64,000 nucleotides of DNA from Fimbriimonadaceae bacterium. GTDB lineage: Bacteria; Armatimonadota; Fimbriimonadia; Fimbriimonadales; Fimbriimonadaceae. Below, piece after piece: positions 28,203 through 36,768 of the stretch. The notes beneath the pieces are model-generated. The model did no database searches and was not told the DNA's origin. It saw only the letters and a list, made by a program, of their open reading frames with translations. Position numbers and translations under genes: made by a program. Positions within the stretch are counted from its first letter, which is position 1. Every line of letters begins with the position of its first letter. The stretch is from assembly GCA_022843485.1 (NCBI GenBank), contig JALHNM010000002.1, positions 94,238 through 158,237 of the forward strand, in the 5' to 3' direction.

Positions 28203-28436
28203 GTGCCCACGGAAGGGGCACGGGGTGCATGGATGGCACGGAGGCAGCTCAAAGTCGTCAGGCTGGTCGAACCCGACCTTTGCCTAGAATGTCGGTTCGC
28301 CCAAATGGCGTCCGTCGAGCTCAAGGACGGGTCGGTGCAGCGGATGATCCACTGCCGCCGGCTCGACTGCGACAACTGGGACTACTCGACGGCGGAGGCG
28401 GCTAAGGGCGTCCACGTGGACGACGACGGCGCCTGA
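28203..28436 (+). CDS. small Cys-containing hypothetical protein
   Basis: CLEC ... CRRLDC four-Cys arrangement; 77-aa ORF. Confidence 0.25.
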   Translation: MPTEGARGAWMARRQLKVVRLVEPDLCLECRFAQMASVELKDGSVQRMIHCRRLDCDNWDYSTAEAAKGVHVDDDGA

Positions 28437-29230
28437 GGCGGGGGCCGCCGGACGGGCACGGTCGTCCGTCCCGACGCCTCGAGGACCCCGCCCTCGAGCC
28501 GGACGCGGTCGACGAGAATGGCGTCCTGGAGGCCGAGGTCGCGGTCGAAGTCCACGACCGGGTTGAGCGTGTCGAGGAGCACCTTCGCCGCCGCCGGGTC
28601 GGCCCTGCGCCAGTCGAACCAGATCTTGGCCTCAGTGAGCGAGAGCTTCGTGCCGTCGATTGGGGCCAGGCGGGCGATGACGGTGAACGTGCTGTTCACG
28701 ATGAGGAACTCGCCGTAGCCCTCGACCCAGACGATGCCGTTGTAGACCTTGACCGTGACCCGCTTCACCTCCGGGAATTTGCGGAGGATGAAGGCGGCGA
28801 GGTCGGCCTCGCGAACGCGCACCGTCCCCGTGCCTACCCCAGCCCGACTGAGCCGGATGCTCTTCTCGCGCCGGGCGAGTCCCAGGTCGTAGCGACAGGC
28901 CGGGATCCGGGCGGAGAGGGATTCAACCCGCAGGCCGCGAAGCTCGAATTCGCGCAGCTCGATCCGCAGTTCGCCCAGCCGGCCGGCTTGGGATCGCTGC
29001 GGCTCGGTGAACAGAGGGAGCCCGTCGACCGAGAACCCTTGGGCCTGGATGGTGGCCCGCCGCACCTCCCCCCACGCCGCCCCGAGACCGGGTTCGACGT
29101 CCACCTTGACGGTGCCGCCCCTTAGCTGAGTGGCGATGTCCCGGGCGGCAGCGCCCTCGAAGACCCTGATCTCTCGATCGGCGAGCCCAGCCCCCAGCCC
29201 GAAGGCGACCAATGCGACTAGGGGCCCCAT
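28382..29230 (-). CDS. DUF2993 (LmeA-like) family protein
   Basis: N-terminal hydrophobic segment MGPLVALVAFGLGAGLA followed by the extended beta-rich region typical of DUF2993; a paralog lies at 56318..56833. Confidence 0.5.
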   Translation of the reverse strand: MGPLVALVAFGLGAGLADREIRVFEGAAARDIATQLRGGTVKVDVEPGLGAAWGEVRRATIQAQGFSVDGLPLFTEPQRSQAGRLGELRIELREFELRGLRVESLSARIPACRYDLGLARREKSIRLSRAGVGTGTVRVREADLAAFILRKFPEVKRVTVKVYNGIVWVEGYGEFLIVNSTFTVIARLAPIDGTKLSLTEAKIWFDWRRADPAAAKVLLDTLNPVVDFDRDLGLQDAILVDRVRLEGGVLEASGRTTVPVRRPPPQAPSSSTWTPLAASAVE

Positions 29231-29296
29231 TTTGCGCCTCGAGCCCGTCTCGCATCGTTAAGAATCCCCAGGGGGGGCCACGGGCCCCGAACTTCG

Positions 29297-30250
29297 ATGA
29301 CTGCGCCTTCCATGACCGTCCCCGCAGGATACGACTCTTTGACCGAGGGGGCCGGGCTCTACGCGGAAACTGGGCTCAGCCTCCTCCTCGTGACGGGTGA
29401 GGACCGCAAGGGCTGGCTCCAGGGCCAGGTCACGCAAGACCTTCGCGACTTTGCCCTGGGCCACTCGTTGGACGCCTGCCTCGTGGCCGCGACGGGCCAG
29501 ATCCGGGCCGTGTTGCGTCTCTGGTCGCTGCCCGGGCGGATCGCCGTGCTGACCGAAGCCCCGGAGGCGTTGCTCGAGAGGGCCGCCAAGTTCGTCGTGC
29601 TCGAGGACGTGCGGGTCGAGCTAACCCAGAGCCGGGTGGTCAGCGTCCAAGGTCCGCGAGCGACCGGCACACTCGCGAGCCTCGCGGACCTCCCGCACCA
29701 GGACGGGGGAGAGGTGTCCCTGGGTGGCGGCGTCGGCCTTGCGCTCCGCTCTCGGCGCACCTGGGCCGGCGGGTGGGACCTGTGCCTGGACGACGGGGCC
29801 GCGCCCGCCGTTCTGGCGAGAGGGCTTGAGCCGGTGAGCGCGGAGGCGTGGAACCTGGCCACCCTCGAGGCTGGGTTCCCGCTGATCGGGGTCGATACCG
29901 ACGCCAAGACCTTACCGCCCGAGCTCGGGCACCGGTTCGAGGCGCAACACGTGAGCCATAGCAAGGGCTGCTACATGGGGCAGGAGGTGCTCCACCGGAT
30001 CCATTCCCGGGGCCACACGAACCGGACGTGGGTCGGGCTGGAACTTGCAGGGTCGGTCGTGCCGGGGGACACCGTCTCCGTCCGCGGACGCTCTGACGTC
30101 GGACGTGTCACCCGCTGCGTCTGGAGCGCGGCCCACGGTTGGATCGGGGCCGCCATGGTACGCAACGAAGCGGCCGAGTCGGGGACGCCGGTGACAGTGG
30201 GGTCCGTCGTGGGCGAGGTCTGCAGCCTTCCGCTCGCCTCGGACGACTAG
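29297..30250 (+). CDS. YgfZ / GcvT-like folate-binding protein
   Basis: Aminomethyltransferase-fold architecture; KGCYMGQE motif typical of the YgfZ family. Confidence 0.65.
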   Translation: MTAPSMTVPAGYDSLTEGAGLYAETGLSLLLVTGEDRKGWLQGQVTQDLRDFALGHSLDACLVAATGQIRAVLRLWSLPGRIAVLTEAPEALLERAAKFVVLEDVRVELTQSRVVSVQGPRATGTLASLADLPHQDGGEVSLGGGVGLALRSRRTWAGGWDLCLDDGAAPAVLARGLEPVSAEAWNLATLEAGFPLIGVDTDAKTLPPELGHRFEAQHVSHSKGCYMGQEVLHRIHSRGHTNRTWVGLELAGSVVPGDTVSVRGRSDVGRVTRCVWSAAHGWIGAAMVRNEAAESGTPVTVGSVVGEVCSLPLASDD

Positions 30251-31389
30251 CGCCAGGTCTCCAACGCCGGGGATTCGATGGTGGGGTTCGGGACCGTCCC
30301 GCTCGACGTCGACTCCCGCTGGGAGAGCAGGGCGATGAGGCCGCCGACGACGATGAGGCCGAGGAGGACGGCGAGCAGCACCTTCCAGAAGCTGATCGGC
30401 GCCTCGCCCCGTACCTCGCCGGTCTGACCGTTCACGAGGAACCGCCACGACCGACCCCGGTAGCGGTAGGCCCCGCTCCAGATCGGGAGCAGGACGTGCT
30501 TGAAGGTGACGTCGCTGTAGTGGGTGTCCTTGTGGTGGATCTGCTGCTGGTCGCCGCCTATGTCCTGGCGGATGGCCGTGTCGATGTGCGGCTGCATCAT
30601 CTCGGTGGCCGTCCCCCAGCAGGTCGCGAGGTCGCGGTCGTAGCGGGCCGCCTGGAAGCCGCTTAGGTACTGAGGTTGGTAGGGCGCGAGCCCTCCGAGC
30701 TCCCAGGTGTTGAGGGCCTGGGCGTACTCAGGTGGCAGCTTGTCCGAGCCGAGCACGAGGACGTCGTCGAAGTGGACGTGCACGGTGCCGGCGGCGGGGT
30801 ACCAACGCGTGCGCATGACCTGGCGAGTCTGCGTCCGGCCTTCGGAGTCGGTGTACGTCTCCGTCTCCCAGTAGTTCTCGCCCCGGAGGCCGGTGTAGTG
30901 GGTGAGGGTGTCCGAGTCGTAGGTCCAGTACGGGACGTAGACGCCGTCGAGCCCGGCGTGGGCGAGGGCGAGGCGCTTGAGGTCGTTCGGGGCCCAGAAC
31001 CGGCTCGTGACCCAGTCCTTGTACTTCTCGCGGGCGACCCGGCGGTCGGTCGCGAACGGGAGGACGGCGTTCGGCGGGATCCGCTTCTCGGCGTCGGTCG
31101 GGACGACGACGTTCGAGCCACAGAAAGGGCACCGGGTCGCCTCCTCGTTCGCCCCGAGGGTGAACTCGGCGGCGCACTGGTTACAGTGGACGGCGTGGTC
31201 GCTCTCGAGGACGGCGTCGAGCCGGGCCCGGTCGAGATAGGCATTGATGTCGAGTTCCTCGACCGTCGCCGTACCGGGCCCGATCTCCTGGTCGTGGCCG
31301 CAGTAAGGGCAGTGGAGCGCGTTCGTACCGGGCCGGAACTCGAGTTTCGCCCCGCACTGCTCGCACGGGTAACGGAGGACCTGGCTCAT
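30247..31389 (-). CDS. zinc-ribbon membrane protein paired with the SPFH protein
   Basis: Two CxxC...CxxC pairs at the N-terminus (CEQCGAKL ... CPYCGH; CNQCAAEF ... CPFCGS) and C-terminal TM helix VLLAVLLGLIVVGGLIAL. Confidence 0.6.
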   Translation of the reverse strand: MSQVLRYPCEQCGAKLEFRPGTNALHCPYCGHDQEIGPGTATVEELDINAYLDRARLDAVLESDHAVHCNQCAAEFTLGANEEATRCPFCGSNVVVPTDAEKRIPPNAVLPFATDRRVAREKYKDWVTSRFWAPNDLKRLALAHAGLDGVYVPYWTYDSDTLTHYTGLRGENYWETETYTDSEGRTQTRQVMRTRWYPAAGTVHVHFDDVLVLGSDKLPPEYAQALNTWELGGLAPYQPQYLSGFQAARYDRDLATCWGTATEMMQPHIDTAIRQDIGGDQQQIHHKDTHYSDVTFKHVLLPIWSGAYRYRGRSWRFLVNGQTGEVRGEAPISFWKVLLAVLLGLIVVGGLIALLSQRESTSSGTVPNPTIESPALETWR

Positions 31390-31451
31390 CCCATCGCCCG
31401 AGGCGCGTCGAAGCCTGTCGCCCTTCCAACCCCCTTACTGACCCCCATGTC

Positions 31452-32549
31452 TCAGATGCCGGGGATCGGGGGCGGGGCGTCGTTGAGCAGCGCGACGACC
31501 TCGGGCACCTCGCTCGCGGCGACCCACCCGGCCATCCCCGCCGACCAAACGAGGGTCTCGCGGGTCAGAGTCCCGCTCGCGACCATCTGCTGCAGGGTCG
31601 AGAGAGGGAAGGGCCCGGTCTGCTTGCCGTCCACGGCGACGTGGAACTGCTTGCCCTGGGGCACCGGCGGGGGGGCGACGGGAGGGGCTTGGGGCAGCAT
31701 CGCCTGTCCCGCCATCTGCGCCGCGATCTGGCCCGCTGCCATCTGCGCGCCGAGTCCGCCCATTCCGCCGGGGTTCTCGGCGCCCTTGACCATCGCCTCG
31801 CCCGCCTGCATCTGCATGTACTCGGTCATCACCCCGCCCATGGCGCCGATCTTGCTGCGGGTGTCGATCGCCGCCTCGACCTCTGGCGGGACGCTCACGT
31901 TCTCGATCAGCAGGTTGATGAGTTCGAGGCCGTGCTCGCCGAACTTCGGCTGGAGCTTCTCGGCCAGGAAGCTGCCCATCTCGCCGTACTTGGCGTAGAG
32001 GTCGAGCACCGGCATCTTCGTTTCGGCGAAGGCTTCCGCGAGGCTGCTCACAATGAAGTTGCGCAGCTGGTCGCTGATCTGGTCGGTCGTGAACTCCCAG
32101 TTCGTGCCGACGACCTCCTTAAGGAACGTGGCCGCGTCCTTGACCCGCATCGAATAGGTGCCGAACGCCCGTACGCGGACCATGCCGAAGTCGGCGTCGC
32201 GCATCATGATCGGGTTCATCGTGCCCCACTTGAGGTCGGTGAACCGCTTCGTGTTGACGAAGTAGACCTCAGCCTTGAACGGGGAGTTGAAGCCGTACTT
32301 CCAACCCTGCAGGGTCGAAAGGATCGGCAGGTTCTTGGTCTCGAGGGTGTACATCCCGGGCTGGAACACGTCCGCGATCCGACCCTCGTCCACGAAGACG
32401 GCGACCTGCGACTCGCGCACGGTCAACTTCGCCTCGTTCTTGATCTCGTTCCCATGCCGCTCGAAGCGGTAAACCATCGTGTCCGTGGTCTCGTCGGTCC
32501 ATTCGATGATGTCGACGAACTCGCCGCGCAGCTTGTCGAAGATGCCCAT
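31452..32549 (-). CDS. SPFH/Band-7 domain protein with C-terminal GYF-like (DUF4339) domain
   Basis: True start MGIFDKLRGEFVDIIEWTD (SPFH-family N-terminus); C-terminal QFHVAVDGKQTGPFPLSTLQQMVASGTLTRETLVWSAGMAGW; upstream track codons are artefact. Confidence 0.7.
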   Translation of the reverse strand: MGIFDKLRGEFVDIIEWTDETTDTMVYRFERHGNEIKNEAKLTVRESQVAVFVDEGRIADVFQPGMYTLETKNLPILSTLQGWKYGFNSPFKAEVYFVNTKRFTDLKWGTMNPIMMRDADFGMVRVRAFGTYSMRVKDAATFLKEVVGTNWEFTTDQISDQLRNFIVSSLAEAFAETKMPVLDLYAKYGEMGSFLAEKLQPKFGEHGLELINLLIENVSVPPEVEAAIDTRSKIGAMGGVMTEYMQMQAGEAMVKGAENPGGMGGLGAQMAAGQIAAQMAGQAMLPQAPPVAPPPVPQGKQFHVAVDGKQTGPFPLSTLQQMVASGTLTRETLVWSAGMAGWVAASEVPEVVALLNDAPPPIPGI

Positions 32550-32703
32550 GTGCCTGGGAGTATACAGCGGGGGGCGAGAAGCGGTTGCAGCGGTGGCCGC
32601 CCGACCTGGAGCCGCTGCCTGTCGCGCAGCGACCCTGCGCCGAGACGAAGGCCTTCGTTGATCGCTGTCCTCCTCCGCGGGGTCGCCTCGCGACAGCCCG
32701 CGA

Positions 32704-33138
32704 CTACTGTCGGGTGAGCAACGCGGCCGCGAACGGCTCGGCCCAGGCCTTGATCTGGTCGCGGGTGGTGCGGAAGCCGTCCTTCCATGTCGCCGGGTCG
32801 ATCGAGTCGCCCTCGGGGTCGGGGAAGCCGTGGTGGACCCGCTGGTCGGCGTTCGTGAAGACCGGGCAGACCTCGTTCGCATGGTCGCAGACGGTGACCA
32901 CCACGTCGAAGCGCTCGTCCTTGTACTGGTCGACGTGGTCGGAGGTGTGGTGGCTGATGTCGATGCCGACCTCGCCCATGACCTCGATCGAGAGCGGGTG
33001 GACGCCGCCGGGACGGGTGCCGGCCGAGGAGACCTCGAGGCGGCCCTGGCCGAAGTGCCGGAGCCAGCCCTCCGCCATCTGGGAGCGGGCCCGGTTCCCG
33101 GTGCAGACGACAAGGACTTTGAGCGGGGTCTCGGCCAC
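32704..33138 (-). CDS. arsC: arsenate reductase / LMW protein-tyrosine-phosphatase family
   Basis: VLVVCTGNRARSQMAEG (CX5R P-loop) plus downstream Cys pair VCDHANEVCP. Confidence 0.8.
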   Translation of the reverse strand: MAETPLKVLVVCTGNRARSQMAEGWLRHFGQGRLEVSSAGTRPGGVHPLSIEVMGEVGIDISHHTSDHVDQYKDERFDVVVTVCDHANEVCPVFTNADQRVHHGFPDPEGDSIDPATWKDGFRTTRDQIKAWAEPFAAALLTRQ

Positions 33139-33227
33139 GGGGAGAGGTTACCCAGCGGACGGGGGGCCCAAGTTTCAGCCGGAAGTGAAAGTTCCCGCCC
33201 GTCGGGGCAGTAGAATGGATAAGAGCT

Positions 33228-34388
33228 ATGGCAGCAATCGCGGAGAGGCCCACCATCGACGGGATCGCGGACAAGGTGTTCGCCGGGGAGCGGATCAGTG
33301 CCGAGGACGCGCTCGCGCTCTTCCAGCACCCGAACCTGAACGACCTCTCCGCGCTCGCCGACCACTGCCGGATGCGGACGACCCTGTGGGCGGAACCCGG
33401 GCCCTCAGTTTCGGTGGGCACGAGCCATCCCTCCGAAACCGAGGGGGGGGCTTCCCGGAAGCCGATCGTCACCTACCTCGTCGGGCGCATCCTGAACTAC
33501 ACCAACGTGTGCTGGGTCCGGTGCAAGTTCTGTGCGTTCTATCGCGTGCCCGGCCACGGCGAGGGCTACCTCCTGAGCGACGAGGAGATCCTCGACAAGG
33601 TCCGCGACACGGTCGAGCAGGGCGGCACCGAGATCCTCTTCCAAGGGGGCCTCAACCCGAAGCTCAAGATCGACTACTTCGAGCGGGTCTTCGGGATGAT
33701 CAAGGACGCGTACCCAGATGTGGTTTTGCACGCCCTCAGCCCGGCCGAGATCATCTACGTCGCCCACATTTCGAAGCTCACTCTCGAGCAAACGTTGACC
33801 CGACTCAAAGCCGTTGGCCACCACTCGATCCCCGGCGCAGGGGGGGAGATCCTCGTCGACCGGGTCCGCAAAGTCATCGCGCCCTACAAGGACACGACCG
33901 ACGAGTGGCTCGAGTGCATGCGGGTCGCCTCAGGCCTCGGCATGCGGTCGACCGCGAGCATGATGTTCGGCCACGTCGAGACGCTCGAGGACCGGGTCGA
34001 GCACCTGGGACGCATCCGCGACCTCCAAGACGAGTGCCGACCGTTCCGAGCGTTCGTAACGTGGAGCTTCCAGCCCGAAGAGACGGACCTGCCGATCGCG
34101 AAGAAGGCGTCGTCGTTCGACTACCTGCGTACCGTCGCCGTCTCGCGGGTGTTCCTCGATAACTTCGAGAACCTCCAGCTCTCGATCCTCACCCAAGGGC
34201 CCAAGATCGCCCAGACCGCCCTGCGGTACGGCGCGAACGACTTCGGGTCGACGATGATCGAGGAGAACGTCGTCAGCGCGGCGGGGAACAAGTTCATCCT
34301 CAACGCGGAGGAGTTCGAACGCCTCATCCGGGACGCCGGCTACGAGCCCCGGCAGCGGAACACGCGGTACGAGTTGCTTTCTGCTTGA
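33228..34388 (+). CDS. radical SAM menaquinone (futalosine pathway) enzyme, MqnC/MqnE family
   Basis: NYTNVCWVRCKFCAF radical-SAM CxxxCxxC in MqnC/MqnE-type context; C-terminal similarity to the CofH/MqnC family; ~24-aa insertion before the cluster. Confidence 0.7.
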   Translation: MAAIAERPTIDGIADKVFAGERISAEDALALFQHPNLNDLSALADHCRMRTTLWAEPGPSVSVGTSHPSETEGGASRKPIVTYLVGRILNYTNVCWVRCKFCAFYRVPGHGEGYLLSDEEILDKVRDTVEQGGTEILFQGGLNPKLKIDYFERVFGMIKDAYPDVVLHALSPAEIIYVAHISKLTLEQTLTRLKAVGHHSIPGAGGEILVDRVRKVIAPYKDTTDEWLECMRVASGLGMRSTASMMFGHVETLEDRVEHLGRIRDLQDECRPFRAFVTWSFQPEETDLPIAKKASSFDYLRTVAVSRVFLDNFENLQLSILTQGPKIAQTALRYGANDFGSTMIEENVVSAAGNKFILNAEEFERLIRDAGYEPRQRNTRYELLSA

Positions 34389-34419
34389 CCGGGGATCTGT
34401 CGTCGTGCCACCATAAGGC

Positions 34420-35199
34420 GTGAGACTGTACTGCACCGTTTTCCTTTTAGCGCTAGCATCCAGCGCCTTCGCTCAGGATCCTCTCCGAGTGACGATCGGC
34501 AGTCACCGAGACAAGTCGGTCCACGAGTACATGGAGGCTCATAGCAGGGACGTCGAGGAGCAGAAGACGATTCTTCGAACGGCCTCGACGTACCTCGCGC
34601 AAGGGCGGAGGATCGAGGCGCTTTGGTACATCCAGGATCGTATGGGCCGAGGTCGCCCATGGGGCGACACCTTGCTCGGTCGAGGGTACGAGGCGGCGCT
34701 CCTCACGCTGGATCGCTGGGATGACCTCTGTCGCAGGTATGAACCCTGGAGGTTCCTCTACGGTCGTCTCGACGAGGATTCGGAGGCCTTCGGGCAGTTC
34801 GCGTTGGCGATGCTCGGGAAGCCGTCCCGCGAGACGCACGAACGGTTCCTCGCGTTTTTGAGGGGGGATGCCCTCCAGGGGTGGGACTACGGTTTCGACA
34901 CCTCCTTCTCACCGACCAGCGCGACCGTCGTCGCTGCGGCGTACTTCGTGCGGGCGACCCGTGCCGACTACATCCCCGGGTTCTCGACTCGCCAGTTGAT
35001 CTTGCGCAGGGCGCTTCAGGTCGACCCCGGCAACGCGCTCCTCAAGGCAACCCTGGGCATGGAAGTCGGTGGGGCCGAACAGGTTCGGCTCTGTCGCGAG
35101 GCCGGCCTTGCAAGCGTAGGGCCGTTCAGTGAGTGGAACCTTCGGCTCGCAAAGGAGATGGAACGGAGCACCGAGCGTGAGCGGCTGCGCAAGAAGTAG
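34420..35199 (+). CDS. secreted hypothetical protein (lower GC than neighbours)
   Basis: Signal peptide MRLYCTVFLLALASSAFAQ; no known domain; 5' region noticeably lower GC. Confidence 0.5.
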   Translation: MRLYCTVFLLALASSAFAQDPLRVTIGSHRDKSVHEYMEAHSRDVEEQKTILRTASTYLAQGRRIEALWYIQDRMGRGRPWGDTLLGRGYEAALLTLDRWDDLCRRYEPWRFLYGRLDEDSEAFGQFALAMLGKPSRETHERFLAFLRGDALQGWDYGFDTSFSPTSATVVAAAYFVRATRADYIPGFSTRQLILRRALQVDPGNALLKATLGMEVGGAEQVRLCREAGLASVGPFSEWNLRLAKEMERSTERERLRKK

Positions 35200-35314
35200 T
35201 CTTTCGCAAGCTGCCACCGGGTAGACGCTTCGCGGGTAGCGAGGTATCGACCAGGGACGCGAGACCGCGACGGTCAAGTAAGTGCGTGCGAGACGTCGAT
35301 CGGAGGGCGGGGCG

Positions 35315-36163
35315 CTAGGCGGAGGCCTCGCCCTCGACCCAGTACAGCTCCGGCCGGCGGCGACCCGTCACGTCGATCTCGTACTCGCCGGGGCGGACGA
35401 CCGTACGTTTGTCGCGAGCCTCGGAGAGGTCAAGGTCAGCCAGGAGCACGGTCTCCTCGGCCCCCGCCCCGGTCACGGTCCGGCCGAAGACGTCGTAGAC
35501 CGCGCTCCGGCCGATGAAGTCGAACCCGTTCTCCGTCCCCACCCGGTTGCAGGTCGCGACGAAGACCTTGTTCTCGGCCGCCCGGGCGGGGGCGATGAAG
35601 TCCGGCCCGGCATGGGCCCCGACCGGCCAGTTCGTGGGCAGCACGATGAGGTCGGCCCCCTTCAGCGCCAGCGTCCGGGCCGCCTCGGGGTAGCGCAGGT
35701 CGAAGCAGACCAGCACCCCGATCCGGCCGATCGCCGTTTCGAACACCGGCAGCGCGTCCCCCGGCCGGGCGAACTTGTCGAACCCCAAATCCGGGAGGTG
35801 GGTCTTAACGTATCGCCGGGTCCGTCCAGAAGGCTCGACCAGGAGGGCGCCGTTGTAGAGCCCCTCGGCGTCTTGGCCCGCGAAGCCGACCACGACGTGG
35901 GCCCCGGAGCGGCGGGCCGCCTCCTTGACCGTCCGGACGGCGGGGTGGGCATCGATGACCTCGCCGTCCGGGCCGCCCCCGACCTCGATCGCGATCCGGG
36001 CGGCCTCCTCGGGGCTGGCCACGCAGTACCCGGTCAGGAACGCCTCTGGGAAGACGACGAGGTCGCACCCCGCCGCCTCGCGGCAGAGGACGGACTCGAG
36101 CCGCTCGGCGTTGGCCTGGGGGTCGGCGAAGGCGACGTCGATCTGGGCGACGGCGAGCCGCAT
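35315..36163 (-). CDS. carbon-nitrogen hydrolase (nitrilase superfamily)
   Basis: MRLAVAQIDVAFADPQAN ... FPEAFLTGY ... IGVLVCFDLRYPE (E-K-C catalytic triad context). Confidence 0.8.
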   Translation of the reverse strand: MRLAVAQIDVAFADPQANAERLESVLCREAAGCDLVVFPEAFLTGYCVASPEEAARIAIEVGGGPDGEVIDAHPAVRTVKEAARRSGAHVVVGFAGQDAEGLYNGALLVEPSGRTRRYVKTHLPDLGFDKFARPGDALPVFETAIGRIGVLVCFDLRYPEAARTLALKGADLIVLPTNWPVGAHAGPDFIAPARAAENKVFVATCNRVGTENGFDFIGRSAVYDVFGRTVTGAGAEETVLLADLDLSEARDKRTVVRPGEYEIDVTGRRRPELYWVEGEASA

Positions 36164-36615
36164 CAGGCCACCAGGATCAGGGGATCACCGGGGTTGACGA
36201 GTTGGCCGTTCGTCGCGACGACCTTGACGACGCGCCCGCTCACGGTCGATGTGATCTCGTTGAACACCTTCATCGCCTCGATCAGCCCGATCACCTGGCC
36301 CGCGGTCACGGTGTCGCCCTCCGAGACGAAGGGCGGCGACCCCGGGTTCGGCGACGAGTAGTAGATCCCGGTCGTCGGGCTGTTCACCGGTGTCCCCAGG
36401 GGCTCGGGAGGTTCGGCGGGGTAGTGGTCCCCGTCGTCCTCGGCGTCCGGCGTTGGGGTCGGTTCTCCGAGGATCGCGGTCGCAAGACCTTTCGGTCGGG
36501 GCGCGCCGCGGTCGAACTCGACCGACCATTCGTCCCCACTCCAGCGCGCGCGTTCGAGACCGTACTCGTCCATGAGCGCGGCCAACTCGTCGATCCGGCG
36601 GTCCAGTTCCGACAT
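36163..36615 (-). CDS. accB: biotin carboxyl carrier protein of acetyl-CoA carboxylase
   Basis: C-terminal biotinyl domain with EAMKVFNEI; likely start MSELDRRIDELAALMDEY preceded by GGGAAGG; stop overlaps the ATG of the CN-hydrolase gene (ATGA). Confidence 0.8.
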   Translation of the reverse strand: MSELDRRIDELAALMDEYGLERARWSGDEWSVEFDRGAPRPKGLATAILGEPTPTPDAEDDGDHYPAEPPEPLGTPVNSPTTGIYYSSPNPGSPPFVSEGDTVTAGQVIGLIEAMKVFNEITSTVSGRVVKVVATNGQLVNPGDPLILVA

Positions 36616-36768
36616 CCTTCCCGAAGGGTACCCAAGCGCGGTCGTCGTCCCGTAGTGGGCGTTGCGACCTATTAATGATATGAGTTCTCTAAGAATTCGC
36701 TCGACCGACCGGAACGGACGATACACTAGGGCATTCCCCGCTCGGCTTGCGAACGGGGAGGTGAGAGA

